Positions 48,334 to 58,463 of a stretch of DNA of 64,000 nucleotides are shown here, in pieces. A program made the translations under genes and the position numbers. Within the stretch, counting starts at the first letter, position 1; each line of letters opens with the position of its first letter. Source of the DNA: a virus. Its lineage: Duplodnaviria > Caudoviricetes. The notes under the pieces are model-generated. The model was not told the origin of the DNA. It saw nothing but the letters and a program-made list of their open reading frames with translations, and did not search any database. The stretch lies in IMG/VR virus record IMGVR_UViG_2061766007_000959; one strand, written 5' to 3'.

Positions 48334-48636
48334 ATGGATTTACCGATAGTTTTGAAAGGAGATTCGACATTCGTTACGGGTGTCTTGGAACTGAAACAGG
48401 ACTTGTACCTGTTGCTGAAAGAGCCGATTAGGACTTGGTATCAGTCGGCTCGGACAGGCTCGTACATACCGTTGCACTCGGCTGACGTCGTCGAACTGCG
48501 CAACGCTGTCAAGGACACGCTCGCACAACTGAAGGGGGTTGAAATAAAATCTGTCGAGGTTGTCGAAACAAATGTTATATTGCGCATAAATTACAACGGT
48601 CGGGAATTAGAGGAGTTATTTGAGTTGAACAACTAA
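48334..48636 (+). CDS. baseplate wedge gp25/gpW-like protein
   Basis: 100 aa between the spike and large wedge genes. Confidence 0.6.
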   Translation: MDLPIVLKGDSTFVTGVLELKQDLYLLLKEPIRTWYQSARTGSYIPLHSADVVELRNAVKDTLAQLKGVEIKSVEVVETNVILRINYNGRELEELFELNN

Positions 48637-48650
48637 AAACACATAATACA

Positions 48651-51600
48651 ATGCGTGCTAAATCAGAAATAATCAGGGAACTTTCGGCGTCGCTCACAAG
48701 CGACATTTGGAAAAAGCTACAAACGTCGCTGTTAGGCAGGGAACTGCTCGCGTTGGGCGGTGAAATCATATCGGAATCGGAGAACGTCAAGGACACACTA
48801 TTGTTCCAACTCAACCCCGAGACAGCCAACAAGTACGGTCTGTATCTGCTGTCGCAGATGAACGAAATACCGATTACCAACGTCAAGCCGAACACGGTCG
48901 AGGTTCTTATGAAAAACGATTCCAAGTCGTACGCGCCGTACACTCTGTCGTACAACGTCGGCAACGCGTCGTTTGTGAACATCGAGTACACAATGCACGA
49001 CAAGACGGCGAACTTTGTCTGCGGAACGCACAAATACTATTACAGGAACGGCGCGTCCCTGAACAACAACGACGGCGAGGAGACTTACTTTTTCGACGGT
49101 GAGTATTCTTACAGCGGAATAAAACTCGGCAACGCCTATCCTGATTCTATAACGATAACGGACAAGGACGGTTTGGAAATACAGCGTTACTCGCCTGAGG
49201 TTGCGCTGTCCGACAACATCGACCTTATGTACAAGGTCGTAACGGGTCTCGACGGCGTGATATACGTTCGTTTCATTTGCGCCGAGGACGTTGAATCACC
49301 GTCCGTGTTCAACATCGATTGGCTTGACCACAGCGTCAAGGACGTTGACATCGAGGACAGGGACGTCAAGGACAACGGAACTGTCGTCGGCACTGTCGAA
49401 TATCATTCCAAGGGCAGTACGGACGACCTGACCTATATGCGCAGTCAGTTAAAGAAAGGTATGGCTGTGTCAAGCGGTCTGAACACCCCTGTAATGATTG
49501 AACAGTATGTGAACGGCTTTCCGTTCGTTATTGATTCCAAGTGCAAGGTTGACACGAAAGAGGGCGGACTGTGCGTGTATGTGAAACCTGCGTCGATTTC
49601 CGATTTGAGTACCTATTTGGATTTCTCGGAAATAGCCGCGCACATTGCGTTCAACACGATACTGTTCCCGAAAATCAAGGTGCGCACGGGTGACATCCTG
49701 AAGTTCGATATAGAAATAAGCGGCGTCACGAGCGAACTGTACAAGAACGAAATAAGAACCCTGATACAGGACGAGTTCGCCGAGGAGAAAATGAAATTCG
49801 ACACCAATGTAAACATTTCAAATATCCTGAACCTTATATATATGAAATACAATATCTTACCTGAAATTTCTATGTCACTGACAGAGAAGTTCTCGAACGG
49901 TGAGGTGTTGTCGGGAATACCTATTTCAGGCACGTTGCAGGGTTTTGACGCGGACAACAACATATCGGTTTGGGAAGACAAGAACATAATGTACGGAACA
50001 AGTCAGGACACCTGTGTACCGTTCGGAATCTTGGACGTCGCAGGCGCGTCAGGCACTATGTTCATTCTGAAACAAAGCCCGAGAGACGAGAACGCCGACG
50101 ACGACGCGGATATGATATACAAACTCGAACAGACAGACCATAACGGTACGCTTGTGTTTACGCCTATGACAGAGGAGGTCGGCGGCGTCACCCAAAAGAT
50201 TGAGACCGATTCCCTTTACAGAAGTAGGGAGACGAGCAACATAACCGACAAGAAAAGCCGATTCTATCTGTACGACGCGTCAACGGATACAATCAAGTCG
50301 TTCGACGAGGACTTGAAAAACCTTATAAACAGGACGGAGAACCCGTCCATTCTGAACACCGCTTGGCACTCGGCGACACAGGATTTCAAGAACCTGTACG
50401 ATATGGACGTCATTTCGACGAACGACAGTGCGGTGTTCAATTTCAGGTTCACGTCAAAGGGTGTTCAGGGAACGAAAATATCAGGCGGCACGTCGTCGGA
50501 ATCGGACGAGTTCTATACCCTGACCTATTGGAATGACAAGAACTTGGACAATTTCGCTTATTTCAGGGACGGCAACAAGAAATATCAGATGGCGATAGCG
50601 GCTGACACGTCACTGTCGCTTATGAACATAAACACGAACGGATGGAACTACTATGACACCCTCGACGGAAACGACGAGAAAGTCAAGGGTTTCTCGGTCG
50701 GTCTGTGCGGCAAGGACGATTACGGTGCTGACGTTGACATAAATTCGAGCGCGTTCATATACGAAAATCAGTTCTATTATATTTCGGGGCTGAACAGCGA
50801 TTTCGTCTCGATACACAACAACAAGACGGGAAATGATTTCGGCGTCCAACTGTCGTCTGTAATCAGGGGTCTGATTGTCGTTGACGACCGTCTGTATGTC
50901 GTTCAGAAAAACAACGTCACGATAGTTGACGGTTTCAGCGGAATCAAACAGCACTCGTACATATACAACATTTACCTGAATGTGAACAGGCAGATGGAAA
51001 TCACGGAAATAACAAAGGGTTTCAACGACTACATTCTGATAAAGTCAGTGAACGAGAACGGCGAGGACGCCTACTATGTAGCCACGGGCTTTGAGTTCCT
51101 GTCGGAGACCAAACTCGGGTTCAAGAACCTGAAAGAGGTGTTCACCGACGTTGAGGACAAGGCTGATTTCAGAATCGGAAGTTGCAACGGCGAGTATGCG
51201 ACACTGTACAAAGAGGTGAACAATTCGAGCCAAAACGGGTTCGTGTTCTGCTGTTGCAACCTGACTACGGGCGAATCAAAGGTTTACAACAAAATCGCGA
51301 CACTCACAGAGGAAACGGAAATCACCAACCTGACCGACGACCTCGTGTTCAGTGAGAAAATAATACAGCCGTTCGTTGAAAAGTACGCCAAGAAAGAGGC
51401 AGGCGACCTGTACGGCGACGAGGTGTCGAACTACGAGAACGAGACCCTGTCGTCGAACGGAACGTTCTACTATCACATAAACAACAAGACGTACACGCAC
51501 AGGGTGAACGACAACGGAGCGGTTATGGCTGTCTATGACATTGTTTGGGACAATAACGAGGTGAACAAACAGGTCGGTGACATTATACTGTATATGTCGT

Positions 51601-51794
51601 CGAGGGGCAGTCTAATCAAATACAAGGAGACCGCTGTCAGAATGAACACTAAAATCGGCGTTTACGACAAAATAAGCAACACGCTCAAACTTGACATAGT
51701 GAACAACGTAAGCACTGTCAAATACAAGAGCATAAACGTTCACAAGTCAGACAAGACATATATGGTTTTGAACGACATAAGATTCATAGACTGA
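48651..51794 (+). CDS. large baseplate wedge protein (gpJ/gp6-like with extension)
   Basis: Position after gp25-like gene; 1047 aa. Confidence 0.6.
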   Translation: MRAKSEIIRELSASLTSDIWKKLQTSLLGRELLALGGEIISESENVKDTLLFQLNPETANKYGLYLLSQMNEIPITNVKPNTVEVLMKNDSKSYAPYTLSYNVGNASFVNIEYTMHDKTANFVCGTHKYYYRNGASLNNNDGEETYFFDGEYSYSGIKLGNAYPDSITITDKDGLEIQRYSPEVALSDNIDLMYKVVTGLDGVIYVRFICAEDVESPSVFNIDWLDHSVKDVDIEDRDVKDNGTVVGTVEYHSKGSTDDLTYMRSQLKKGMAVSSGLNTPVMIEQYVNGFPFVIDSKCKVDTKEGGLCVYVKPASISDLSTYLDFSEIAAHIAFNTILFPKIKVRTGDILKFDIEISGVTSELYKNEIRTLIQDEFAEEKMKFDTNVNISNILNLIYMKYNILPEISMSLTEKFSNGEVLSGIPISGTLQGFDADNNISVWEDKNIMYGTSQDTCVPFGILDVAGASGTMFILKQSPRDENADDDADMIYKLEQTDHNGTLVFTPMTEEVGGVTQKIETDSLYRSRETSNITDKKSRFYLYDASTDTIKSFDEDLKNLINRTENPSILNTAWHSATQDFKNLYDMDVISTNDSAVFNFRFTSKGVQGTKISGGTSSESDEFYTLTYWNDKNLDNFAYFRDGNKKYQMAIAADTSLSLMNINTNGWNYYDTLDGNDEKVKGFSVGLCGKDDYGADVDINSSAFIYENQFYYISGLNSDFVSIHNNKTGNDFGVQLSSVIRGLIVVDDRLYVVQKNNVTIVDGFSGIKQHSYIYNIYLNVNRQMEITEITKGFNDYILIKSVNENGEDAYYVATGFEFLSETKLGFKNLKEVFTDVEDKADFRIGSCNGEYATLYKEVNNSSQNGFVFCCCNLTTGESKVYNKIATLTEETEITNLTDDLVFSEKIIQPFVEKYAKKEAGDLYGDEVSNYENETLSSNGTFYYHINNKTYTHRVNDNGAVMAVYDIVWDNNEVNKQVGDIILYMSSRGSLIKYKETAVRMNTKIGVYDKISNTLKLDIVNNVSTVKYKSINVHKSDKTYMVLNDIRFID

Positions 51795-51795
51795 T

Positions 51796-54183
51796 ATGAA
51801 AACGACACTCAACTACAATACGATTGAGACCCTGCAAGTGCAACAGGGTTGGAAAGAATACTTGGACAGTATCGTCGCACAGAGCGAGCGCGTCTTTGAC
51901 GACAACCTTGTTTCCGAGTATGACGAATCGGACGGTCAGGGAATTGTCAGGCGTATGGAGAAGACGGACGCCGTCTCGCCGAAATACGCTGTGCTGAATT
52001 TCAGGAAAGACCTTATACCCCTAATCAGGAAAGAGAACATTTCCCTCAGGGCTTTGCTGAGACTGCTGTCGATTTACGGTTGCAGGATAAAGGCTGATTT
52101 CGACGGTGTCGTTCTGCCGCACACATTCAAGATTCAGGGCAATTTCGACAGCGTCGGCGTTCGGGGCTATCACACTCAGAACAGGACGTACGACCATGAC
52201 GCCGCCCGTACGACGCCGCAGAACGTTCAAGAGGACGCGGACTGTTTCATTCCGAATATGTCGAACAACGCGTTCGAAGAGGACACGACGTTCAAGTACA
52301 TATACAACATATTCGGCTACAATCAGAAAAACCCCATGCTGTCCTACTCGTACGTTTACAGGTTCGAGAAATACTACCCTGTCAAGATTATGAAACTGAA
52401 CGAAGACTATCACGAACTGATAGACCCTGAGGGTAGCGGCGAGGATACGAGGATTTGGGTTGACGACCCGACGGACGAGGGCAAGTATTACGTCAGGGAA
52501 TCGGACGTTATAAAGGTAGCCGAGACAACGTCAGGCGACAGGGAACACTCGACCGATATTGAGTTTATCGACGGTGACGTCCCAATATACGAGTGGGTAG
52601 AGGACATAGAAAATGAAAAGGGAATCATAGCGAGAATGACCTTGGTCGAGTATGACTACGGGGACAAGATGTTCAAACTGAAAGACAACATTCAGCCGTC
52701 CGACATTTTGGACTGCATTTCCGACCCCGTGTTCATAGTGATAAACGACCACGACAAGATAGACCTTCAGAAATCGTTTTACGCCGTCGTTGTGAGCGGC
52801 GAGACACAGACGTTCCCGATAATAAGGTACAACGCCGAGGCTAACTTGGAAAGCGTTGAAGACCCTGTTGACGATGACAAGAGCGAGTACGACCTGTCAT
52901 ACGTGATAGCGAACTCTGATTTCAGTTTCGTACACAGAAACACGTTCAGAAAGAAAACGGACGCCGAACATCCTGACGATTACGAGGTGTTCAGTGTCAC
53001 CTTAAAGACAGAGGGTTACACGAGCCTGACTGTGAATTACAACGTGTACACGATAGACGGCGAGGACGGCGAGTTCATTATCGGTGACATTATCTACGAC
53101 AAGATAGAACCGTTGGCTATGCACGTCAGGGAGAAACAGTTGTTCGCTGAGGACAGCTATATCAAGGCTCAGCCCCTGTTCGTGTACAGGACGCTCGGTG
53201 AGAGGATACCAAAGACCGAATGTTCCGAGACAGCCAATTTCGACAACGAGAGGGGCGGCGCGGACAAACTGAACTACGAAATAAAGTTCGACGACTTTCA
53301 GAACGACAGCATAGCGAACGGGGTTTACATAGAAAAGAAATCGACAATTATATCGAACGACCCGACCTCGACAGCCGACTTGGTAGCCAAGGACGTGTTC
53401 TATTCGAGAAAATACACGGTTTACGAGGTTTACAAGCGCGTCATTTCAAAAAAGACCGTTGTAAAGACATTCACCCGTGAGACAAGTTGGTACGACTATT
53501 TCGACCTGTCGTTGGTTGACACGTACGAGCGCGGCGAGTTCCTTGGCAACTATTACGCTGTTGAGGACTTGTCAAAGAAAACCCTGAACAGACCCGTGAC
53601 CCTGTTCTCACAGTCGGGTCTGATTAAAGGCAGTGTGTCGGGCGAGTACGATTCCGACCTGAACGTTATTGAAATAAGGGACGGCAAGAGCAACGATTAC
53701 GAACTTGTGCCGCTGAGGAAAGAGGCTGAAATAGAAACAATGTATTTCAACCATTTCGTGAAAGTTTACCCGATTGTTGACGAGGAGACGGACGACGTCG
53801 TAAGCACGCACAAACTGTACTGTGACAACCTCGAACTCGTCGAGTACGCCAACTGTGTCCCGTATATCGTTTCGTACGACAGGAAAGGCACAGAGGACAG
53901 GGACTGCTCTGTTTTCGGTCGCATACTGTCGTACAACAAGCGCACGCACCTGATTACGGTGAACAACCCGATTTGGTTCGCCAACTCGAAAGACCCGAAA
54001 TACGTTGTGGTCGCGTATCAGAATATGTCGCCGTTTATGCGTCCGAACCGCCTGACGGTAATCGCGCCTGACGGGGGTGTCAAGGGCGTCGTCAGTCCGA
54101 TGCTCGACAATTTCAGGAACGCGGCTTGTTACGATATTGAACTTTACACAAAAGAGGAATACGAATCATTAGACAACAACTAA
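51796..54183 (+). CDS. baseplate/tail structural protein
   Basis: 795 aa, continues the baseplate operon. Confidence 0.5.
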   Translation: MKTTLNYNTIETLQVQQGWKEYLDSIVAQSERVFDDNLVSEYDESDGQGIVRRMEKTDAVSPKYAVLNFRKDLIPLIRKENISLRALLRLLSIYGCRIKADFDGVVLPHTFKIQGNFDSVGVRGYHTQNRTYDHDAARTTPQNVQEDADCFIPNMSNNAFEEDTTFKYIYNIFGYNQKNPMLSYSYVYRFEKYYPVKIMKLNEDYHELIDPEGSGEDTRIWVDDPTDEGKYYVRESDVIKVAETTSGDREHSTDIEFIDGDVPIYEWVEDIENEKGIIARMTLVEYDYGDKMFKLKDNIQPSDILDCISDPVFIVINDHDKIDLQKSFYAVVVSGETQTFPIIRYNAEANLESVEDPVDDDKSEYDLSYVIANSDFSFVHRNTFRKKTDAEHPDDYEVFSVTLKTEGYTSLTVNYNVYTIDGEDGEFIIGDIIYDKIEPLAMHVREKQLFAEDSYIKAQPLFVYRTLGERIPKTECSETANFDNERGGADKLNYEIKFDDFQNDSIANGVYIEKKSTIISNDPTSTADLVAKDVFYSRKYTVYEVYKRVISKKTVVKTFTRETSWYDYFDLSLVDTYERGEFLGNYYAVEDLSKKTLNRPVTLFSQSGLIKGSVSGEYDSDLNVIEIRDGKSNDYELVPLRKEAEIETMYFNHFVKVYPIVDEETDDVVSTHKLYCDNLELVEYANCVPYIVSYDRKGTEDRDCSVFGRILSYNKRTHLITVNNPIWFANSKDPKYVVVAYQNMSPFMRPNRLTVIAPDGGVKGVVSPMLDNFRNAACYDIELYTKEEYESLDNN

Positions 54184-54194
54184 AAAGAATCATT

Positions 54195-54695
54195 ATGGCT
54201 ATCAACAGAAACGAGGCGAAAGAGACGTTAGAGGCGAGCATGGTCGATGTAGAGAAACGCTACGCCGATTTCATACTTGAAATAGACACGAAAATAAGGC
54301 TCGCGTCAGGCTACGAGGTTCTGCCTTACTTTTTCGGCAGTACCGACAGCGCGTCACACGACGCGTACTTTGACGATGAGACCAAGTTGGGTATATACGT
54401 GAGAAACCTGAACAGCCTCACGGAACTGAAAAGCCCTAAGAAAAAATGCTCGTTTATATGCGCGGACGGCACGGCTACCAAGTACAAGGGTACGTTCGCT
54501 TACCCGAAAGAATGGGGCGACTTAGAGAGCGTTTGGGATTTCTTAGAGGCTAACCGCCTGACGACAAGCACGCCGTCAACCGACGAATGGAAAAAGTACG
54601 GTGACATAACAGTAAACCTTTTGGGCGAGGACAGGTATTACAGAGTGTACGAATCAGGCGAACTGTCGTCGTCACTTTTCAGCTTTGTTTTTTAA
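54195..54695 (+). CDS. structural protein
   Basis: FAYPKEWGDL.S motif typical of virion appendage proteins. Confidence 0.45.
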   Translation: MAINRNEAKETLEASMVDVEKRYADFILEIDTKIRLASGYEVLPYFFGSTDSASHDAYFDDETKLGIYVRNLNSLTELKSPKKKCSFICADGTATKYKGTFAYPKEWGDLESVWDFLEANRLTTSTPSTDEWKKYGDITVNLLGEDRYYRVYESGELSSSLFSFVF

Positions 54696-54714
54696 ATGAA
54701 TTAAATAACTGATT

Positions 54715-56493
54715 ATGAATTGGAAAAAGTTTTGGCGAACAGGCGCGGCGTTGGTGACAGGCGGCGCGAGTGAAATAGGAAAGTTCACGTATGACGCGGC
54801 GACGGGCGGCTTTGACTACGCGAAAGAGGAATTGAAGAATACCGTCAACGACTTTATTCCTGAAAAGACACAGGAGAAGTTGAGAAAGATTCAGAATTTC
54901 TTTTTGGACGCTTTCGACTATGTGAACTGCCTGAACCCCGTGTTTTTGATAGGGAAACTGACGAATCAGGATTGGCTTATGAACCTTTCCACGGGCGGAC
55001 TGTACTATCTGAAAAACGAACTGAGGGCGTTGAACAACTACGTTTTCGGCACGGACACGGACGAGGAGGCAAACCCGACAGACCACATAATAACCTATAC
55101 CAACACCGAGGCTGTTTTCTCGTTCTTGGACATAGACATACAGGAATACCTTGACGAACACGTGGCGGCTTGGAAAACCTGTCTTCAGATGGTGCGTCAG
55201 TTCCCCGACTTTTACGGGACGACGCAGGCGAAAGCCGACGCCATGACAGAGGACGAGGCGTCCGACCTGTTCTACAAGAAAGAGGGTTGGAAACCGTACT
55301 GTTCAAAGGGTGTCATAGACGACATAGTCGAGCAATGGTACGGCGACGGCGGCACGGGCGAGGGTATTACTTTCCGTTTTGTGAACAAGGGTATAATAAG
55401 GCGTTGCCGATTCCTGAACAACGAGTTCGGTTTCTATACGGACGAGTACAAGAAACTCGTTATGAACATTTGGAAAATAGACGACATGGACTTGATGTCT
55501 GAGACGAACGCCGTCCCAAACTGTTATTTCGTCAGGGACTTTTTCAAAATGGACAGAATGTACTACACGTCCAACGAGAAGGGTATAGTCGTAAGCACCT
55601 CGTCAACGGGCGGAACTCGTGACGAGATAATCCTCGATTACATATATTCCAAGACCTGCCTCGACGTGTACGCCAAATCTATAAAGGAGAACATAAAGTC
55701 AGGTTACTATTACAACGGCGAGTTTTATTATGACGCGGCGCACACGTCGCAAATGTCGGGAAGTAACGGCTCGTATTACAGGGACAAGGACACAAAGGTA
55801 CTGTACATATATGACGGCTCGTCTTACAACACCGTTGACGAATCAAGCCTGAACATATACAACGGGGCTGTTGTGACAGGCTATTATCTGATTCCGTACG
55901 CTTACGATAACGGAACACGCGGCAAGTACCTGAAAATGTACGCGTCGAATTTCAAAGTCCCGAACAGCGGCGCAAGCATATACACAGACCATCCGAGCCT
56001 GCCTTACAAGACAACGACGGAGGCTTACAACATACTGCACTATTTCTTTGAGAGGGAGTCGTACACAAGCGGTATGGATTGGCAAGAGGCGAACCATGTC
56101 AGCGTTGACGCTGAAAACCCGACAAAAGAGGTCAGGGGCAACGATTATGTCGGTATGACATACGAGAACCACAGTTTCCTGACGCTTTCCGAGGTCAGGA
56201 ACTATATCACTCAGTACGCCATTCCGCTCATTCAGTATTACCAATACAAGGGTTACACGGTGACGCCGATATACTCGTCGTCGCACGCCCAACAGTTCAC
56301 CAACACAGACCAACCGTTCCAAAACAATTTCCTGTCAGAGAAACCCGTCACCGATTACAACGAAAGGACGGGACTCCATTTCAAGGGTGACGAGAAAAAG
56401 AACGGCTACTATGACATTATACCGTACAAGTACATAACGGGCTTTGTCATAAGTTGGGGCGACAAGGACACAGAGGTCGCGGAGAGCGAATGA
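54715..56493 (+). CDS. virion-associated protein with a Tyr-rich repeat unit shared with the fibre at 24381
   Basis: GYYYNGEFYYDAAHT...YYRD...LY.YD. Confidence 0.55.
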   Translation: MNWKKFWRTGAALVTGGASEIGKFTYDAATGGFDYAKEELKNTVNDFIPEKTQEKLRKIQNFFLDAFDYVNCLNPVFLIGKLTNQDWLMNLSTGGLYYLKNELRALNNYVFGTDTDEEANPTDHIITYTNTEAVFSFLDIDIQEYLDEHVAAWKTCLQMVRQFPDFYGTTQAKADAMTEDEASDLFYKKEGWKPYCSKGVIDDIVEQWYGDGGTGEGITFRFVNKGIIRRCRFLNNEFGFYTDEYKKLVMNIWKIDDMDLMSETNAVPNCYFVRDFFKMDRMYYTSNEKGIVVSTSSTGGTRDEIILDYIYSKTCLDVYAKSIKENIKSGYYYNGEFYYDAAHTSQMSGSNGSYYRDKDTKVLYIYDGSSYNTVDESSLNIYNGAVVTGYYLIPYAYDNGTRGKYLKMYASNFKVPNSGASIYTDHPSLPYKTTTEAYNILHYFFERESYTSGMDWQEANHVSVDAENPTKEVRGNDYVGMTYENHSFLTLSEVRNYITQYAIPLIQYYQYKGYTVTPIYSSSHAQQFTNTDQPFQNNFLSEKPVTDYNERTGLHFKGDEKKNGYYDIIPYKYITGFVISWGDKDTEVAESE

Positions 56494-56563
56494 TTTTTTT
56501 TGAAAAAATATTGTTGCGCGTAACAAAAACATAATTATATTTGCACTCGTAAAGATTACGACT

Positions 56564-56812
56564 ATGACATTTATGATTGTGTTTTTGATTTTATACGGCT
56601 TGGGCTTAGGGGCGTGCCACCTGTCAGCTATGCTGTTCAGCGGTACGGACGCGAGCCTTGTCAGGAATATCGGCTACGTGCCGATTCTGAACGTTGTAGC
56701 CGCGATACTGATAGTGTTTTTTCTTTTCTACATTGTGAGGGACTATCGCGAGGAAAAAAAGAAACAGGCTGAGGCTGAGAGCAAGGAACAGGTCGGTTCG
56801 TCTAACGGTTAG
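56564..56812 (+). CDS. small membrane protein whose 3' end overlaps tRNA-Glu
   Basis: Two TM helices; TAG stop at 56810-56812 lies within the tRNA D-arm. Confidence 0.6.
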   Translation: MTFMIVFLILYGLGLGACHLSAMLFSGTDASLVRNIGYVPILNVVAAILIVFFLFYIVRDYREEKKKQAEAESKEQVGSSNG

Positions 56813-56862
56813 GACGCAAGGTTTTCAACCTTGAAATATGAGTTCGATTCTCGTACTGACTA
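56791..56862 (+). tRNA. tRNA-Glu(TTC)
   Basis: Acceptor GGTCGGT/ACTGACT; D arm GTC..GAC; anticodon stem CAAGG-TTTTCAA-CCTTG; T arm ATGAG-TTCGATT-CTCGT. Confidence 0.92.
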
Positions 56863-57000
56863 CGATTTAAAAACACACGGCGCGAAGTCGCCTAAATACA
56901 AGGTTCTTTCAGACATACTTTAAACAAATAAGCAAGTATGTATGGCAGTTGTATGGGGGGGCGGTTTACCAATGTCGAAAGCACCGTCCCCTGATTTTTC

Positions 57001-57192
57001 GGTTGTAAAGATTGTGATTCAGAGCCACTTTATTCCCTTACCATATCTATAAGTCAATTGTTACACCTATCACGATAACAGCACCAAGAGAGTTAAACAT
57101 CGCACGGGGAATTTTCTGACTAAAAGTCCTACCTTATTTTCACGCAATGCTCAGTCAGGAACGCAAGGGCGGTGCGACACCGCCCACAACCA
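57001..57192 (+). ncRNA. candidate tRNA-mimic/tmRNA-like ncRNA
   Basis: 5' GGTTGT pairs with 3' ACAACC+A, stacked on GGGCGG-TGCGACA-CCGCCC; long closing helix. Confidence 0.5.
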
Positions 57193-57223
57193 CTTGAAAA
57201 GGAATTTTTTAAAACACAAATAA

Positions 57224-57706
57224 ATGAGTTACCAACTATGTCAGTATCACAAACAGGCAGGTTGCGAGGAATGCAAGTACCTGTTTTACAGCCAATGCAA
57301 GAAATTTTGGCAGATACACGCACGATTCCTGATGAGGAACATTCTGAGGGAGAAGACGGACGCGTTCAAGTACACGCCCGTAAAGAACGCCGAGAAACAC
57401 AAGGTTTTACAGAGCCGCAAGAAAGACGTCGCCAAGTCGGTCGCAATGCAGTTCGCCATCGAAAAGAACGCCGAGGTGATTCCGTACACGACGAACACCG
57501 CACTGAACCTGATTGTGAACGCCGTCGAGGAAGTCAACGCGTCAGTCGCGTTCGTGACGGTGACGACGGCTATCGGCGAGGCTGACAAGATTATAAACCT
57601 GTTGGAGAATTTCACGGACACGACGGTACACAACGGCGGAAAGGTCGTGCTGTTTATCGACCCGTCGTGCAGATACAAATTCAAATACCCGTCAGCCGAT
57701 GAATAG
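57224..57706 (+). CDS. hypothetical protein with Cys-rich N-terminus
   Basis: C..H....CEEC.......C; lies upstream of the helicase. Confidence 0.6.
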   Translation: MSYQLCQYHKQAGCEECKYLFYSQCKKFWQIHARFLMRNILREKTDAFKYTPVKNAEKHKVLQSRKKDVAKSVAMQFAIEKNAEVIPYTTNTALNLIVNAVEEVNASVAFVTVTTAIGEADKIINLLENFTDTTVHNGGKVVLFIDPSCRYKFKYPSADE

Positions 57707-58055
57707 CGAGTTCAAACACCCGATTGGCACTAAGTTATGGTGGGTCGGAATGGAATACGAAAATCCGAATTGGGTTTGGAAAATATGCGAGCGCGAGGTC
57801 ACGGCTGTACGCGAGACGCGGTGGTTCAACGACGAAAACCCGTTACGGCAAATATTTTTGTCAGGTATGTCCTCCTATGAGGGCGAGAATTGGTTTGACG
57901 ACGATTTTCAAATTATAAAAGAGTACGACGGTACGGAATGGTACTGTACGGGCTATATGTGCGACACCGTGTTTGAGACTAAGGACGAGGCTGAGAAATA
58001 CCTGAATTTGGAAATCAAGTACGAAAAGAAAAAGAAAAGCGAAAATGAAGACTAA
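57699..58055 (+). CDS. hypothetical protein
   Basis: IGTKLW and VFETKDEAE motifs common in small phage proteins. Confidence 0.65.
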   Translation: MNSEFKHPIGTKLWWVGMEYENPNWVWKICEREVTAVRETRWFNDENPLRQIFLSGMSSYEGENWFDDDFQIIKEYDGTEWYCTGYMCDTVFETKDEAEKYLNLEIKYEKKKKSENED

Positions 58056-58263
58056 CGAGGAAATGGCGAGGGAAATAGCCGCCAAATTGGGCGGATTCCA
58101 AGAGGCGTATGACGGCGCAATGGCAATGGCGGAAATCAAGGACAAGCAAATAAAAAAGGTTTTACGGGCGTTGTCAAGTGAAACAGGCGACCCACGGCAT
58201 TTTTACGACGAGGACGATTTGTGGAATAAAATGCCATTGGACGGTTCAGTGCCATTTTCGTAA
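58045..58263 (+). CDS. hypothetical protein
   Basis: 72-aa ORF. Confidence 0.55.
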   Translation: MKTNEEMAREIAAKLGGFQEAYDGAMAMAEIKDKQIKKVLRALSSETGDPRHFYDEDDLWNKMPLDGSVPFS

Positions 58264-58264
58264 T

Positions 58265-58456
58265 ATGAAATCGATTTACAACAGCGGATTGAAACAACAT
58301 TGGACTAAAAAGGGCAATGTTATGAAACCCAAAATGTCCTTTGACACGCCCGAGGACGCCAAGCGTTACAGGGACGAAAACGGTATCAGTTTCAGGTACA
58401 AGCCGTACCTGTGCGACGTTTGCAACAAATATCATTTGGGACACAAAAACAAATAA
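58265..58456 (+). CDS. small Zn-finger protein
   Basis: K..F.T.EDA ... Y.C..C.KYHL. Confidence 0.65.
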   Translation: MKSIYNSGLKQHWTKKGNVMKPKMSFDTPEDAKRYRDENGISFRYKPYLCDVCNKYHLGHKNK

Positions 58457-58463
58457 AAATATT

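Noticed and set aside
56822-56828. tRNA as a UGA suppressor (its loop TTTTCAA contains TCA)
   Set aside because: In the canonical 7-nt loop the anticodon is TTC (Glu). TCA is out of register, and readthrough would not restore DPPY anyway.
57224-57706. DnaC/IstB-like helicase loader
   Set aside because: Position and Cys cluster are suggestive, but there is no Walker A motif. Left as hypothetical.
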